Of a stretch of DNA of 64,000 bases, positions 49,565-63,400 are shown one piece after another. The notes under the pieces were generated by a model. The model searched no databases, was not told the origin of the DNA, and saw nothing but the letters and a program-made list of their open reading frames with translations. The translations under genes were made by a program, and so were the position numbers. Within the stretch, counting starts at the first letter, position 1. Every line of letters begins with the position of its first letter. Origin of the DNA: Atractiella rhizophila (lineage: Eukaryota); NCBI GenBank assembly GCA_021432655.1, contig MU271339.1, positions 1-64,000 on the forward strand, written 5' to 3'.

Positions 49565-52500
49565 TCAAAGAAACCTCTGTAGCAGTGCATAATTTTCAAG
49601 TAAGCGTAAGAAGGCGTCTTGATCTGAGAACTTGCTCAACCAAGCCTCCCGGTGGCTGTCTAAAATGTTCGAGCGATTTTGATCGCGAGGAGTTTCTGTT
49701 TTGAAGACTGGTGTTACATGCGCCGGCCGTATAATTCGTTCGATCGGGATCACTTCCACTTCACGGACTGGAACTCGATTGACAGAGCCCTCAGCAATCT
49801 TGAGCTTCCACATGCGTGTGGTGCGGTCAATGTCGTGTCCAACAAGGTTGAAATACTGGACAAAAGCTAGTTGATGCTCCTTTCCCTCAAACTCCAGGCT
49901 GAAAAAGAGAAGGACTTGTGCGGGATGGAACGGACGGTTTGCTGCTGCCCTTGTTTCACGAATCACAACACAGTCAAAGCGTTCAAATGCCTTATCGTTT
50001 GCTTCAGGGACATCCCGAGAGTACCACGAGTCCTTCGCTCGAGTAAAATACTTCAAAAGCGGCCTGTTCTTTGTAGGGGCAGCTAGGTTCCTCCAGACAG
50101 CAGTGACTGTGCCATAACGGTGATAGTGCCAAGGAAATTGGGAAGCTGGTCGTCATGTTCGTAGCCAACATACCCCCCAGTTGCCAGTGACTTGAGAAAG
50201 CATCCGATGTGATAACGAAGGTAGAAAAGGCACTCTTTCTCGATTGCTTGGAGCACGGGCATCGGATATCCTTTCTCTGCCCCAGCACAATGTATCAGCC
50301 ATTGCAGCTTGTTTACAAAGTTATTTTACCAGGAGTTTGTTGCCATGAAACTCCAATATTGCCCCCATGATCGACATGGCGTGCTCCACGAGGTCGAGCA
50401 GCCTCATTTGGAAGCAAACCCACATCCTCCAGATACGCCGTCTTTAGCTGAAAGGCATCTTGCAAGAAGTTTCAGTTTAAAATCTGTGAATCTGCATTAT
50501 TCTTGTTGGTCCCTCTGAATGGGTCCTTAAGGTCAACCGAGTGAAGAGCTTCGGCGCACTCTGTACTCAGAAAAGTCACTGATTCAACATTGACAATGTC
50601 ATCATCGTAATGATGAAATGCCTGAATTTTTGGAATATTATCAAAGCCTTTCTCTTTTCCATCTTTGCCGACAGGAACACAAGCAAACACAGCCAGATCA
50701 GCAAAAAAAGTGTGTTTTTGCTTGCTGCAGGCCGTCACGTTCTTCGTTACCAAACACGGGAAGATTTGCAAAGTAGACAAATTCCAGTAGCGCCACTGTC
50801 CATCGCAATGCTGGAGTTGGGACAAGACCGTAAATGGCCGGGGCAAAGATGGCTGCGAGCTGTTGAGCGTCGCCTGCCGACCAGCGAGAGAAGTTGAGAC
50901 CCATATAGAAACCACGGATGCCTGGAAAAGCTGGCATAAATTTTAGGCATCTCTCCAGTTCCAAAATCCCTGGTCCACCATGTTCTTGACGCTCGATCTC
51001 AATGAGTGCAAGGATCCACTGGACAATGTAGTGAAGAAAGGTACCTTTGAGCAGCTGATGGAGGATATCTGATACAAGAATGCTATGCATGTCGGTTAAG
51101 CGCAAATTGTCTGTGTATGGTAAAAGTGGACGTAGCCCTGCTTGCTTGAGCCGTGCCTCTGACCATCCAGCAACCAAAGCATCCCTACATTGGCTTTCAT
51201 CTCGCAGTGGCCACTGGTCATCCTTCCCTTTGTCTGAAGGGTCGACAAGGCAACAGTCACACCATCCGTCAAAGAGGAGAGCAAGGAAAACCTTCTCCAT
51301 GTAGTCCGCGAAATGAGCTACTATTGGAGGGAAAAAGTGGCGATAATATCCATCGGGACATCTTGCAAAGAGCCAAGTCTCTTCAAGTTCTTGCAATGGA
51401 TCTGATAATGCGATTCGGAAAGCTTGAGTGATGAGGGCGCGAGAGAAAATTCGGTATTCTTCAGTGCTTTTTTCGGCATCAGTAGCTCCTGCTACCTTCT
51501 AGAGATAGTCTAAGAGGAACGCAAGTCACATACTACGGATGAGTGGGACACCAGCTACAAGCATGAAATATCGGAGATGGTGTAAATAGGCCACATCTTC
51601 ATCAATGTTGCCAGGCAAGACATAAATGGGGTAGAACTCCGCACCACCTTTTTGAGCAGCAAGCAGGGTGTTATCTGAAGCAACTTTAAGAGGCATTATC
51701 GTTTCATCTGAACCAAGTAATCTCTGCCGACCACATTAGATCGATTAAGAAGAATGCAAGAGGCTTGATGACAAACCTGATATCTTCGCCACACCTTTGC
51801 CGAAGCCATCGAACTATAGACCTCTTTTCCTTCCACATCAATATCAATAAAGGCTTGGTACTTAATAGGCCCATTAAGTCCTCTTGCACCAAGTGTCCTC
51901 ATCAAGACATTCTTCAGGTTACGATGCCGAACAACATACATCTCTTGCATGTATCCTGGCAATTCTCCATCTCGGAATCTATCCCGTATCTCGTCCACAT
52001 TGACAGTGACAACCGTCTTGTGCCATGTAAAGTCTTCTGCACCCGGAACTTGGGAAATAAGATCAAATAGCTTTTGCCTGTCTTGGATGGGGCGATAATT
52101 AAAGTGCTCCTCCAAAAAATCCAGGTATTCTTTTGTTCGTTCAACACTGAGTACTACTCCATTCGAGTTTAAAATAAGCATTCCTGCATCTCGCTGACGC
52201 TTATCTTCAAAGGGCCACCATCCATTATTCTTCTGATTAGCCTGTTCCAATGGATCAGGCTCTGGACCGTCATCGTACAATGCTGGAGTGCCGTCTTTTC
52301 GAAATCTCCTCCCTTTGAGCACAACATAATCGACCAACACACTGGCTCCGAACAAAAGAGCTCCTTACCGCCAGGCACAAGTTTCCTCTGTACGGCACGT
52401 GCACACCACGATCCTCTTCATTCTCAAGCCCTGCAAAGGCTGAAATCTTTCCTCAACTTCATCCCATCCAACTGCTGGATCAATTTCACGATTCCTCATG

Positions 52501-52730
52501 ACAATATCCTCGTCCCACTCTCGCAGACCATTCTGCTCCATCGGCACTTCGAAGTTAGCTTCATTTGGTCGATTTGCTTGATCCTCAGGGAATGCACTGG
52601 GTACTGCGTTCTCAGGACGATAATCGGGGTGTGCAAGTGTGACATGGCGCCTGACGTCTTGGTCTCGTCTTCCAAGATACCCGTGTTCACGGTTGACGAC
52701 CCTGCAACGAAGGAGGCGTGGTTGAGCCAT
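49565..52730 (-). pseudogene. Plavaka transposase (disrupted)
   Basis: WWPF, VYSSMASAKVWRRYQ, ASDNT..FYPIYVLPGNI, CPDGYYRHFFPPIVAHFADYMEK, SDILHQLLKGTF, MPAFPGIRGF..FSRWSAGD, IPKIQAFHHY, STECAEALH..KDPFRGTNK, C-terminal AQVLLFFS..LAFVQYF. Frameshifts in the 5' exon. Confidence 0.9.
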
Positions 52731-54137
52731 AGGTGGACTTTAGGTGGAATAGCTTTGGAGGAAGGATGAGGTGTAGGAGAGCTCAGAAGAAGAGGAATGT
52801 GAACGTCAGTAAGGGTAAACAACCTCATGCTCTTGCCTCCGCTGTTCCTCCAGACCTGCTTTCACAACAGCTTCTACCTCCCAATAGTGCCATGGACAAC
52901 TTCTACAATCCCCTCGAAGTCCTGGCGCGTGCATGCAACGAATAAGAGAGAGTCCGCGCGGTCCTTTCCGGAGATACTGTCCTCCCACTTGATGAGGCAA
53001 TGCGTAAGCCAACCAGAGTCAAACTTATCCTGCCGCCCCGCAAGACAATCGAACGGAAGGCGAAGACAAAGTCAATGTGGGATCTGGAGGCAAGGGAGAT
53101 TGGAGCTTGTCGTAATGTATGACCGATTGAAGAGCTTATTGAGCACAACATAATCGACCAACACACTGGCTCCGAACAAAAGAGCTCCTTACCGCCAGGC
53201 ACAAGTTTCCTCTGTACGGCACGTGCACACCACCCATCCTCTTCATTCTCAAGCTCTGGCAAAGGCTGAAATCTTTCCTCAACTTCATCCCATCCAACTG
53301 CTGGATCAATTTCATGATTCCTCATAACAATATCCTCGTCCCACTCTCGCAGACCATTCTGCTCCGCCGGCACTTCGAAGTTAGCTTCATTTGGTCGATT
53401 TGCTTGATCCTCAGGGAATGCACCGGGTACTGCATTCTCAGGACGATAATCGGGGTGTACAAGTGTGACATGGCGCCTGACGTCTTGGTCTCGTCTCCCA
53501 AGATACCTGTGTTCACAGTTGGCAACCCAGCAACGAAGGAGCCATGGTTGAGCCATAGGTGGACTTTAGGTGGAATAGCTTTGGAGGGAGGATGAGGTGT
53601 AGGAGAGCTCAGAAGAAGAGGAATGTGAACCTGGACAGAGGAAGTTTGGTTAGGTTTGTGATTCACATTTCCTCTTGAGAAGCTTCTAAAATTTACAACG
53701 AAGCTCCACATCACAGACCATAACCAGGACTATCTCAACATCAAATGCCACGAAGGAAGGCTTCCAAACAGTCTCACGGACTTCTACCAAATCCCAGCGA
53801 CGGGGTCAATAAGGGCGAACAACCTCATGCTCTTGCCTCCGCTGCTCCTCCAGACCTGCTTTCACAACAGCTTCTACCTCCCAATAGTGCCACAGACAAC
53901 TTCTACAATCCCCTCGAAGTCCTGGCGCGTGCATGCAACGATCAAGAGAGAGTCCCCGTGGTCCTTCCGGGAGATACTGTCCTCCCACTTGATGAGGCAA
54001 TGCGTAAGCCAACCAGAGTCAAACTTATCCTGCCGCCTCGCAAGACAATCGAACGGAAGGCGAAGACAAAGTCAATGCGGGATCTGGAGGCAAGGGAGAT
54101 TGAAGCTCGTTGCAATGTACGACCGATTGAAGAGCTT
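52315..54137. repeat. Tandem duplication A-B / A'-spacer-B' (52315-53138 vs 53139-54137)
   Basis: 52315-52804 repeats 53139-53630 and ~52805-53138 repeats ~53805-54137. The ~175 bp between A' and B' is absent from the left copy. Confidence 0.95.
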
Positions 54138-57100
54138 GTCGAAGCAGAATTGGATCCTCTGGCTGCTGCACGAGCATCAGTTGTCACCGCAAGAGCGCCA
54201 AAGGAAAGGGACTTGAGCCAATTAAGGAGGGAGGGCTGTGAAAGTGAAGTCGGAGTCTTGATGGCGGAGAAGCATATCAGACCGTACGTTAAGCCTGTAA
54301 ATCGCGGGCGTGGTAGAGGGAGAGGAAGGGCAGGACAGGTGCGCCGAGGGAGAGGGAGAGGAAGGGGAGGTTCGAGTGGCAGCGCTCGTCTGGAACACCA
54401 GACAAATGGAGCAGCACTGACAGCAGTCGACGGTGCAGAAGATATAGCAGCGGCAGAGCCTAAAACCCCAGGGAATACGACTCCAATACCAGCCTCTCCT
54501 TCAACCGACAAGACTCCTACCATCAAGCCAGATATCGTCCTGCGAGCCCTGTCTTTCACACTCCCCGAGCTTGAAATCAGCCTACTGGCTTCCAGCTTTT
54601 GGAGCCTCCCGAGCAAGAACGATGCTTTTCGGAGGCTCTCACAGGCATTTTTACTTCTTGACAGCGTCCGAGCAAAGACTGCGGAAGGGACATCGATGCT
54701 AGCGGTTAGCAAGGAGGAGAAAGAGACTGTTAACGCAGCTTTAACATTTTTGAGGAAGTGGGGTTACGATGTTGCGGAGGCCTCACGAAAAGGTGGGGGG
54801 GTTTCAAAACATCAGTCGGAGACATCGTCGAACATCTCCAACGGCCTGGACTCTGTCTCTGGTCCTCTGGGAGCAAATGCTGCGTTGCTCCAGGTGTCGC
54901 TCGAGTCGTCCACAAGTACCGCCATCAACAAGGTCACGCATGGGAGGCAATTGATCAACGTTGATGAATTAAGACCTAGGGAAAAGTATATCATGCCTAA
55001 GAGGCATTATCATACGAGAGGGAGGGGTCTTAGTAAGTCGGGTTTGCTGTTTTCATCAGATGTTATGGCTGAATAGATGAGAGATTTAGCAGAAGAGCCA
55101 GATGCGGAAAGGACTACCATGACTGATTTAGTGATGATCCAGATAACCCAGGCCTAGAAGAGGAGGTCATTGATGGTGAGGAAAAGGACCAAGTGTGTCA
55201 CCTCGAAGTATCTAGCACTTTAGCTGATAGCTATCCTAGGCTTCTGATGACGATCAAACTCTTGTCCCAGCTACTCAGAAGCTTCGACGCAAGCCGGTAT
55301 GTAAAGCAGTCTCCATCCCCTGATTCAGTGCTGATTTCAGAAACAAAGAAGCGTGCGACGGCTTTGATTGCTGCAAGTGAGAAGAACATTGAGGTTCGTC
55401 AAGCACAAAAGGCGAGTTACTCTTTGTATGTTCTGTCTAAGTTGACAGTGTGATCTAGAAACGAGAGGAGGCTGCAATTGCACAGAAAATGGAACGATCC
55501 AAAGTCATCAATAGTATTGCTGGGTCAAGCACAAGATTTGTTCGTCTTCTTGACAACCGCACTCATTACATAGCACTGCTCATTGCTACCTTGCACACAC
55601 TGTGACGATTCAGACTCTCAACTCTCCAGAAAAGATCCATGCTGCAGCGACTGCTATGACTGCCTCTTCGCGACTCACGGTTCAAGATCAACTGCGGGAT
55701 ATGCGCGACAATGTTACTTTCTCCTCGAAACACATATGCGAGCTTTAAACGTTCAATGGGTCCCGTATCTAAACCTATTGATATAGCTGCCAACCATAGT
55801 CCTTTTTCACGCCCACAACTAGAAATTAATTCGGGGCAAGCATTTCCAGCACTGTCCTTTTCAAAGACAGGTATCGAAAGGCCTTGGATAGTCAGAGTCA
55901 CCAATCTGTCGGATCAGGTCAATGAAGACGATGTCAAGGTTCTTTCACACCACTTCGGTTAAGCACTCAACGCTGCAACAGGTACTGACACAAGTGCCAG
56001 GAAGCATGCTCGCCATTTGGCGAGATATTAGCTGTCAACTTATATCCAGCTATGCACGGAACCATATCCGTGGACATTGTCTATGCAAAAGAGTTGCATG
56101 CGAAATCAGCAGTAAGGCAATTGAAGTAGGCTGTCCGTTGTTTCTCTTACTGCGATTTATCATCATGCACAGCGGGATGGGTGACGGTGATCTCATATGG
56201 GCGGCCACTATGTTCCAAGTCCCCCCATCTCATTCTTTGCACCCTGATCAACAAGTACCTCTATCAATGCAACAGCCACTCCACCTTCTCTGCCGAGCTA
56301 CAAACTCCACCATCAGTACCCCTGTTACCTCACCATCCGGAAAGGCCTTCGCTACGACCAAGGCCGTCCTTCGACCACCTGTCACGTCGCCATACCTGGT
56401 CCCCCTCAAGACTGACGCAAACCAGGCAGCTAACCTTCGAGCAGGTCGAACTACTCGTGCACTGGTGGAGGCAGAGGATACCAAGCCAAAAAAAAAAGGG
56501 GAAAGGTTGGGGAAGCGGTTCGGAAAGTGAAGCAGAAGTGAGAACCCGGAAGCGGAAGCCACGCATGAAGATGAATGGTGTGTCAACTCTTCTTGTTCCT
56601 TTGCCTGACATGTGGGTTCCAGAATGGTCGCCCCAATCACAAGAGTCTCTCAAGAACCTCCAAAGGCACCTGCGGCTTACTATCCTTCTCGAAAACCCCT
56701 TTGTTGCCTCCAACGAAGAACGTGTTCGTACCGTCACCGCTTCCAAAGCTTTACGAGGAGAAGTGGCTGTTGATGAAGAGCAAATACGTCATGTATGTCT
56801 TTGATTAGTTGTGCATGCTTCTTACAAGAAGTTACCAGTTAATGTCCTGGGTGAGCTCATACAGAGGGCATTTTGCTCGTGTTGCTAAGAACAACACCCG
56901 TAATCTGTGGAAGATTCCTACTGGGTACAACAACGATGACTCAATTGATAAGGCAGAAGAGATGTACGGGCTCTTCGAGCGGTGGAGGTTACGGTTCCAT
57001 TATGCCGATGCTGATCTAAAGAACAACCGTAATGCTAGGCCAGATGAGGTATGTCAGCTCTAAGCTTGGAGACATAGCATACTAACGAGATTCATATCGG

Positions 57101-57900
57101 GCAGCTCACCGAACCATTCCTTTCCCCTGCCTTCAATACAAAGGTTCAGAGAATGATCTTTGATTCTCCTGCATGGGTCGACGCCATTCATGATTCCGTT
57201 GATTTTGATGACAAGCTACCCCCGTCAACATTGGCTTTGGTTGGAACTGCAGTATGTTGTCCACGTATTACACTCTTGCATGATGCTGCTAACATGCATT
57301 TGGGGCAAGATCTGGCATGAGTTTAGCCAAGAGATGAAGTTCTACGAAGTTTTAGGTGGCACAAGGAATGCGGACAAAGCAAAAAAAGCAGCGGCAAAGG
57401 TTCAGTTCACTCCTGAAACTTACAACAGAGTCTACGGCGCCTTTTTGCAGCGGACGAGCAGGCTATCAGCCGATACTCTGAGCGCTATAAACAGAGCAGC
57501 CTGTAAGTCTCTTTCAGTGTCTACTGTGAGGCCGCTCAGACGTGCCAGGTGGACAAACTTCCTCAAACCCTGCGATCTCTTTTGCAGCACCTGTCGATGC
57601 GGCGGCAAAGGACGCTGTCGACCTTGCAAGGTGCCTGGGCCTCTCGTCAGCATCTTGATCTCCACCTGGTTTCATTGATCCATCCCTACTGAATGAACTG
57701 ATCCCTCTTGACCATCCTGCGGCATTTTTTGGAGCTGATCAAGCAGAGGAAGCACAAGAACATGAAGGGGAGTCGGATATGCTCGACTATGGGACCTTGG
57801 GAACTGGACAATCGTGGCCAAAGGATGTATTTGCTGCCAATCGCATGCAAGGATGGAGATTGACGAAGCGGAGCAACAGCACGATGATGTGTGGGGATTT
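53745..57900 (+). CDS. Plavaka-associated accessory protein, RG-rich N-terminal half, DUF6532-like C-terminus (multi-exon)
   Basis: 443-aa first ORF with (GR)n tracts. Later exons FHYAD..EPFLSPAF..PPSTLALVGTA|IWHEF..QFTPETYNRVYGAFL resemble the DUF6532 pattern. Confidence 0.65.
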
Positions 57901-58923
57901 TGATGCATTTCAAGACTGAGCTACAGAGGAATATTGGCTGGTTGAGGTAACCCTTAGATTACAGCTTTACTTTAATAATCATGGATTTCACAATGTACAA
58001 CAAGAGAAGAGAACCACTATAAGGACGGAAAGTGATACAAAGTAGTCGATAGCGCGTAGTTCATAGCGCTATAGCGATATAGCGACATAGCGCGCCTAGC
58101 TGATAGGGCAATAGCAGTGCTTCTATCGTGCTACCATAGTGCCCAGGTGACAAAAACCATATGAGCTATCCTAGGACGTATAGGGTGATAGCCACCGCTC
58201 AGAAACTGCTGATGCATCCACCCAGTCCAATTCCCCCTCTCCCACCGACAGCTAAGAAGTAGAACGTGAAGAGGAAAGGGAGAGAAATACACATCCTACC
58301 GGCAGACTCGAGTTCACGATGCTCTGGTAGGATGGCCAATTCCATGTTCGAGGGCGGAACCATCTGTCGCCCCCTTTTGACAGGATGGTCAACATTCGTC
58401 AATTCTTTTGACTCCAATCGGAGACAGTCCAAGAAATGACCGTGTAGCCGACAGAGCTGGTATGAGTAAAGTCGATGGGAAGCGCGGCTTCTTGACGTGT
58501 GACGAGATAGAGAGCGGGGACGACGATCGGACGAGGAAGGAGAGGAAGAGCGCGCAAAGAGCTGGGAGAGAAGACGGATGTGTATTCATTGCTACTAGCT
58601 TCGGAGGGATGGCAGAGTCATTATTGAAGCGGGACGAGAGGGGGAGTGAGAGTAGGAGTGCTCGAACGCGGTGGAGAAAGAGTAGAGATGGAACTGTTCA
58701 ACAGTGATCTATTCCACGTTCTGACGAGAAACTTGGGAAGGTTGTGCCAGCTAATAACTTTTCATAACCTCTCGAAAACTGTGTGATAGAATGCATAGCA
58801 CCTATACAAAACGATCGGTGATGGAAAAAGTCTCTAGTCCGAGAAGCATCAAGGATGTGACGAACCAAGACATTGTTTGTAGGTACTGATATGAGTGTGT
58901 CATGACTAACTCATGATCAAATA

Positions 58924-59530
58924 GAGGGCTTTGCACTGTCACCGTCACAACTTTGATTTATTGACGACGGACGGTATAAACGGACGGTGCTACCCGTCCG
59001 TGAGCCCTCTCATGCGCTTCCATGACGGGTCAGACGGGGAACAACGGGTGTTATATATGAATTTTAAGTTTTAAACCTGTTTGACCGGTGTTTTGCTTGT
59101 TTTGCTGCAAGCTTTTCGTAATTTCATATTTTCTTGTTTGCAGCAGAGCAAACATTCCTTTGCATGGCCGGAAACGGCAGAAAGGACTTCCGGGTCAGTA
59201 CAAAGCTAACCTTATGTGGGCCGGCTGCGTGCGGGCCATAGCTGGCTCAACCAAATCACCTTTCCGCCCAGCCAAACAGGCCTAGGCTTGCCAGCATTAG
59301 TAGTTAGCGGCTGGCATGAATGAGATATTCCGGTGGTGCCGGACAGGATAAAGAAACATTTTGTTGAACACCCGTGTTCACCGTCAAACCCGTCCGTCTG
59401 CACCCCTTTTCTTGCCGTCACAGTCCTGTCACCGTTAGACAGTCCCCACGTTCAGTGACGGTGCGGGCGACGGGGCGGGTGACCCCGTCTCAGGCACAAA
59501 AATCGACGGACGGGACAGTGCAAAGCCCTA
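58924..59530 (-). mobile_element. Non-autonomous hAT-type MITE, copy B (607 bp), 8-bp TSD
   Basis: (G)AGGGCTTTGCACTGTC ... GACAGTGCAAAGCCCTA with perfect TSD ATCAAATA at 58916-58923 and 59531-59538. Inverted homologue of 46477-47160 with an internal deletion. Confidence 0.95.
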
Positions 59531-59659
59531 ATCAAATACACGAAAATTTCCCTAAATCTTAGAGCTCATGTTCATATCATGTTCATTCATTCAAATATCA
59601 AAGTAATCATGAAAAAGGTGAATGAAGCATGAAATTTGATGATAAATCATGAGTATCCT

Positions 59660-59785
59660 TATATATAAAGCACGACGGGCTTTGGCCATGACTCACACAT
59701 GTACTTTTGCGCTCCTTATATAAAAAGCATTAAGCATGATGGGTTTGACCATGACTCACGCATGTACTTTTGAGCTCTTATATCA
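59660..59785. repeat. Imperfect ~64-bp-period repeat upstream of the Helitron
   Basis: GGG(C)TTTG(G/A)CCATGACTCAC(A/G)CATGTACTTTTG(C/A)GCTC(C)TTATAT occurs twice, each copy next to a TATATA tract. Confidence 0.8.
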
Positions 59786-60499
59786 CCGCACACAACAACC
59801 CTGTCAAAATTCTGAGCATACCAACAGAATACACATGTCGGCGCCCTTCGAACCATATACAGCAAAGCCTGTTTGAAAGATGAATTCCTCACTGAGTCAG
59901 GTGACTTTTTGGGGCTTTGGGCAAAGCTTTTGTTGCCTACTCAAAGTAAGTTGGTGGAACATGAAAGTTGTACTATGGTGTAGTTGGTACATGGTGAACC
60001 TCAGGTCATTGATTGTGTTGACGTCGGTTTGATTCTCGATAGCGCCACATTTTTCACCTCGAAAAGTGTATAGCGCTGCAAGGTGCCTGCATATGATTTC
60101 TTCAGCTCTTTCTCTGATTTCTTGCATCGTGCGCCAAAAAAACAATTTTTCCTAACTATGAGGGAAAGTGAGCAAATGTTCATGCAAGTGAAACAGTTTC
60201 TTTCACCACAAATATGCTTCCTAACCATCTACTATACTATCCCTGAGTCCTTTACCATCAAATCAAATCAAGCAAAAGGTGCATAGGGTGTGTGTACTCT
60301 CACTTACAAGAAATCGAGACCGCCGATCCAAACGGCCCCAAAATCTGCAGCAGGAGGCACCACCATACCAACGCCGACTTATAAGGAAGAGGCGATGCCC
60401 TGCATGTTTTAATCCTACTCCAACGACTCCACCTCAGCATGAGACGAGACCAACTATGGCTCCATATCACCGGCGGCGTCGAAGCTCATCACTGTCTAG

Positions 60500-63400
60500 A
60501 TCATCATGACCAGCTTGACAACATCGGAGACAGCGTTCATGCTGGCCTGAGGAGGACAGTGAAGAAGAACCTCAACAGCACCCATCCTCTCCTGATCCTG
60601 ATGATGGAGATGGCGATGAGGATAGGGCATTAGTTCTGTTGTTGCAAGGTGAACAAAGGCAACATCACTATCCTGCATTCAACTACTCTCCTGATATGGA
60701 TCTTGAGGAACATCACCTCCCTACGTGGGGATTACTTTATTCACATTGCAAAGCCTACAGCCCACAATATAATCCAAAGTTTTCATTGTGCAGTCTATAC
60801 AGCAAGGTGCTGCTAGCTCTTCCTCCATCTCCTCCTGAAGAGCTACGAAAGCTTTTTACATATCACAATACAACAGGTAAGTATTTCTATTCAATTTATT
60901 GCATATACATATCTGAGAGAAACAATCATTATAGAGTCAAAGCAATTTCGAGAGCATATCAGGGTATTCAACAATGCTTTTGCCTTTACATCCTTAGGTG
61001 TCCGCCAGGTATCAATTCCTGGACATGATAATCGATGGGTAGTGCCTTCTAATCCTTGGATCCTAAGGAAGTTCTGGCTCACATCAACACAGAGACCTGT
61101 ACCTTAATTCGCTCTATCAAATATGTCTTTAAATATGTATACAAGGGGCTGGATATAGCATAATTAGTCATAGAATCAGATGCCAGTGGAGCGAGAGAGC
61201 CAGTGGATGAGATTAAAGAGTATTTAGATACGTGGTATGTTGGTGCTTTGGAAGTTTCGTTTTGTCCATTCTCCAAAAGTTGACGGTTAAGTAGTATTAT
61301 TATTTATAGCGTAGTGGCGGATTTTCCACTGCAAGCTTCATGATCATTCTCCAACTGTGATTCGACTGAGCATTCATCTTCCAAATCAACAGATGGTCAT
61401 TTTTAATGCAAAAGACGGTCAATCTGAAGATATGCTTTCAAGGAGAAACATTGGGAAAACAATGCTTAGCAAATTTTTCAATTTTGCCGTGACTCTCCCC
61501 AGGTCTCCCAATTGTGGACCTATCCTCATGCACCTTGACATTTGGTCTGGCAAAGTAGTTCAAAGCGCTGGAAGATACGTGAGAAAGGCGATGCTATTGG
61601 TCGGATATATTATATTGCGCCGTCACAAAGGGAGCTCTTTTATCTTCGACTACTTCTTCACAAGGTCCCAAGTCCTAAATCTTTTGAAGATATTCGTACA
61701 ATTGATGGTCAAGTTCACGAAACATTGAAAGCAGCCTGCGTGGTGTCAGGTCTACGAAAGTGATGAAGATGGGATCTGTGTCTGGAAGATGCCAACACAA
61801 TCAAACGAGGATCAGCAATCCGTTCTCTTTTTGTCTATTTTGTGGTCTTTGGAGTTGCCAGCGAACCATTACAACTGTTTCGAAGACACTATGATAAGCT
61901 CAATGACGATTGGGCACATCTTCTGCAAACAGTTTATGGAATGGCTACACCTTCTGAAGACCAGATCCGAGACTTATGCCTTATCGAGCTGGAGGATCTG
62001 CTACATGGTCTAGGCAAGACACTAGAGTATAGGTTGCCGTTACCTGCTCACAGGTTTGGACGATGGGGTGGAGACACAAGAATAATTGGAGAAGAGCTGA
62101 CGTACAACGTTACGGAGTTAGAGCAACGTCTTGATAAGGATCTTCCTCTTATGAATAAGGATCAATGACATGCATACGATACAATCATCAAAGCCTGGCA
62201 GAGTGGCACTGGAGGACTCTTCTTTCTTGATGGGCTTGGAGGAACTTGAAAGACTTTTGTTCAGAATCTTATACTGGCAAGAGTAAGATTATCCAAGAAG
62301 ATTGCATTAGCAGTAGCCTCTTCTTGAATTGCTGCTATTCTGCTTGAAGGTGGTCGTATTGCTCATACGTGATTCAAGATTCCCCTCAATGCAGATGCTC
62401 AATCAGTTTGGGGTATTTCAGCTCACAGTGATCATGAAAGGATATATGTCGAGGCAGAAATTACCCTGTGGGATGAAGCCATTATGAGTGACTGCCTCTC
62501 CATCAGCTGTGTGGATCCGTTGGGCAGAACCTTAAAAAGGATTCAAGGCCATTTGGAGGAACACTTATGGTTTTCTGTGGTATGATACTTCCTGTTAAAT
62601 AGCTTTGTTCATAGGAGATGGCAGTCAATGTCTTCTGGTAGTGCCAAATGGAATCTGAGCTCAAATTGTGGATGCCTGCACCATTAATTCTTACTTCTAG
62701 CCAAATGTGCAAGTCCTGCCTTTGAAAACCAATATGCGCCTTCTTTGTGGCCAACAGGAAATGATACCAGCCGAATTCAGCATGCGATCAGATTTGCCCA
62801 GTGGCTCCTTGATGTTGGAAATGTTCTCACTGATAATCCGTCAGACAATTACCAGTTGGGTCTATTATTCCATCCCACAAAGGACTAGATGGTCTGTTGG
62901 GCTCAATTTACCTACAATTAGATTCTCTGTGGAGGATCCCTGCTCTGAGCTTCCTTCAAGAATACTTCCAGGTTCACATGATTCTAGTAGCAAAGAATGT
63001 GGATGTGAATGGCATCAATGATTACTTGATTCAGTGGCTCGAATCCACAGGAGATCGGGTACATTACAGTGCAGATCAAATTATAGATGACGAAGGAGAT
63101 CTTAGAAATCACTTCTATGTCGAGTACCTGAATACCCTGGAGATCTCTGGATTCCCTTCACATTGTTTACACCTCAAGAGTGGTGTACCCATCATTCTTC
63201 TGCAAAATCTCAATCCATCTGCTGGCCTGTGCAACGGCACGTGGCTCATTGTCACTCAGCTTCTCCAATGAGTCATCGAAGCAACCGTCATTACAGGTGC
63301 ACACTGTGGCGAATCAGTTCTCATTCCTCGAATCGGCATTGACAGTGTAGTATCAAACCAGCTTCCTTTTCAATTCCGGCGCTTTCAATTCCATGTGCGC

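Larger units (their letters stand above)
49050..58190 (-). mobile_element. Plavaka (CACTA-related) transposon with a divergent accessory gene; ends approximate
   Basis: Plavaka transposase head-to-head with a large + strand gene. GCTAT/ATAGC subterminal arrays at ~49060-49135 and ~58050-58190, and a weak terminal match CACCGTATA / TATAGGGTG. Confidence 0.8.

Noticed and set aside
53942..54712. 256-aa minus-strand ORF as a separate gene
   Set aside because: It is the antisense shadow of the 443-aa plus-strand exon; no independent evidence.
46477..59530. Composite transposon formed by the two inverted MITEs, carrying the Plavaka element
   Set aside because: Copy B has its own perfect 8-bp TSD on both sides and the outer flanks (CTGATGAG vs ATCAAATA) differ, so these are independent insertions.
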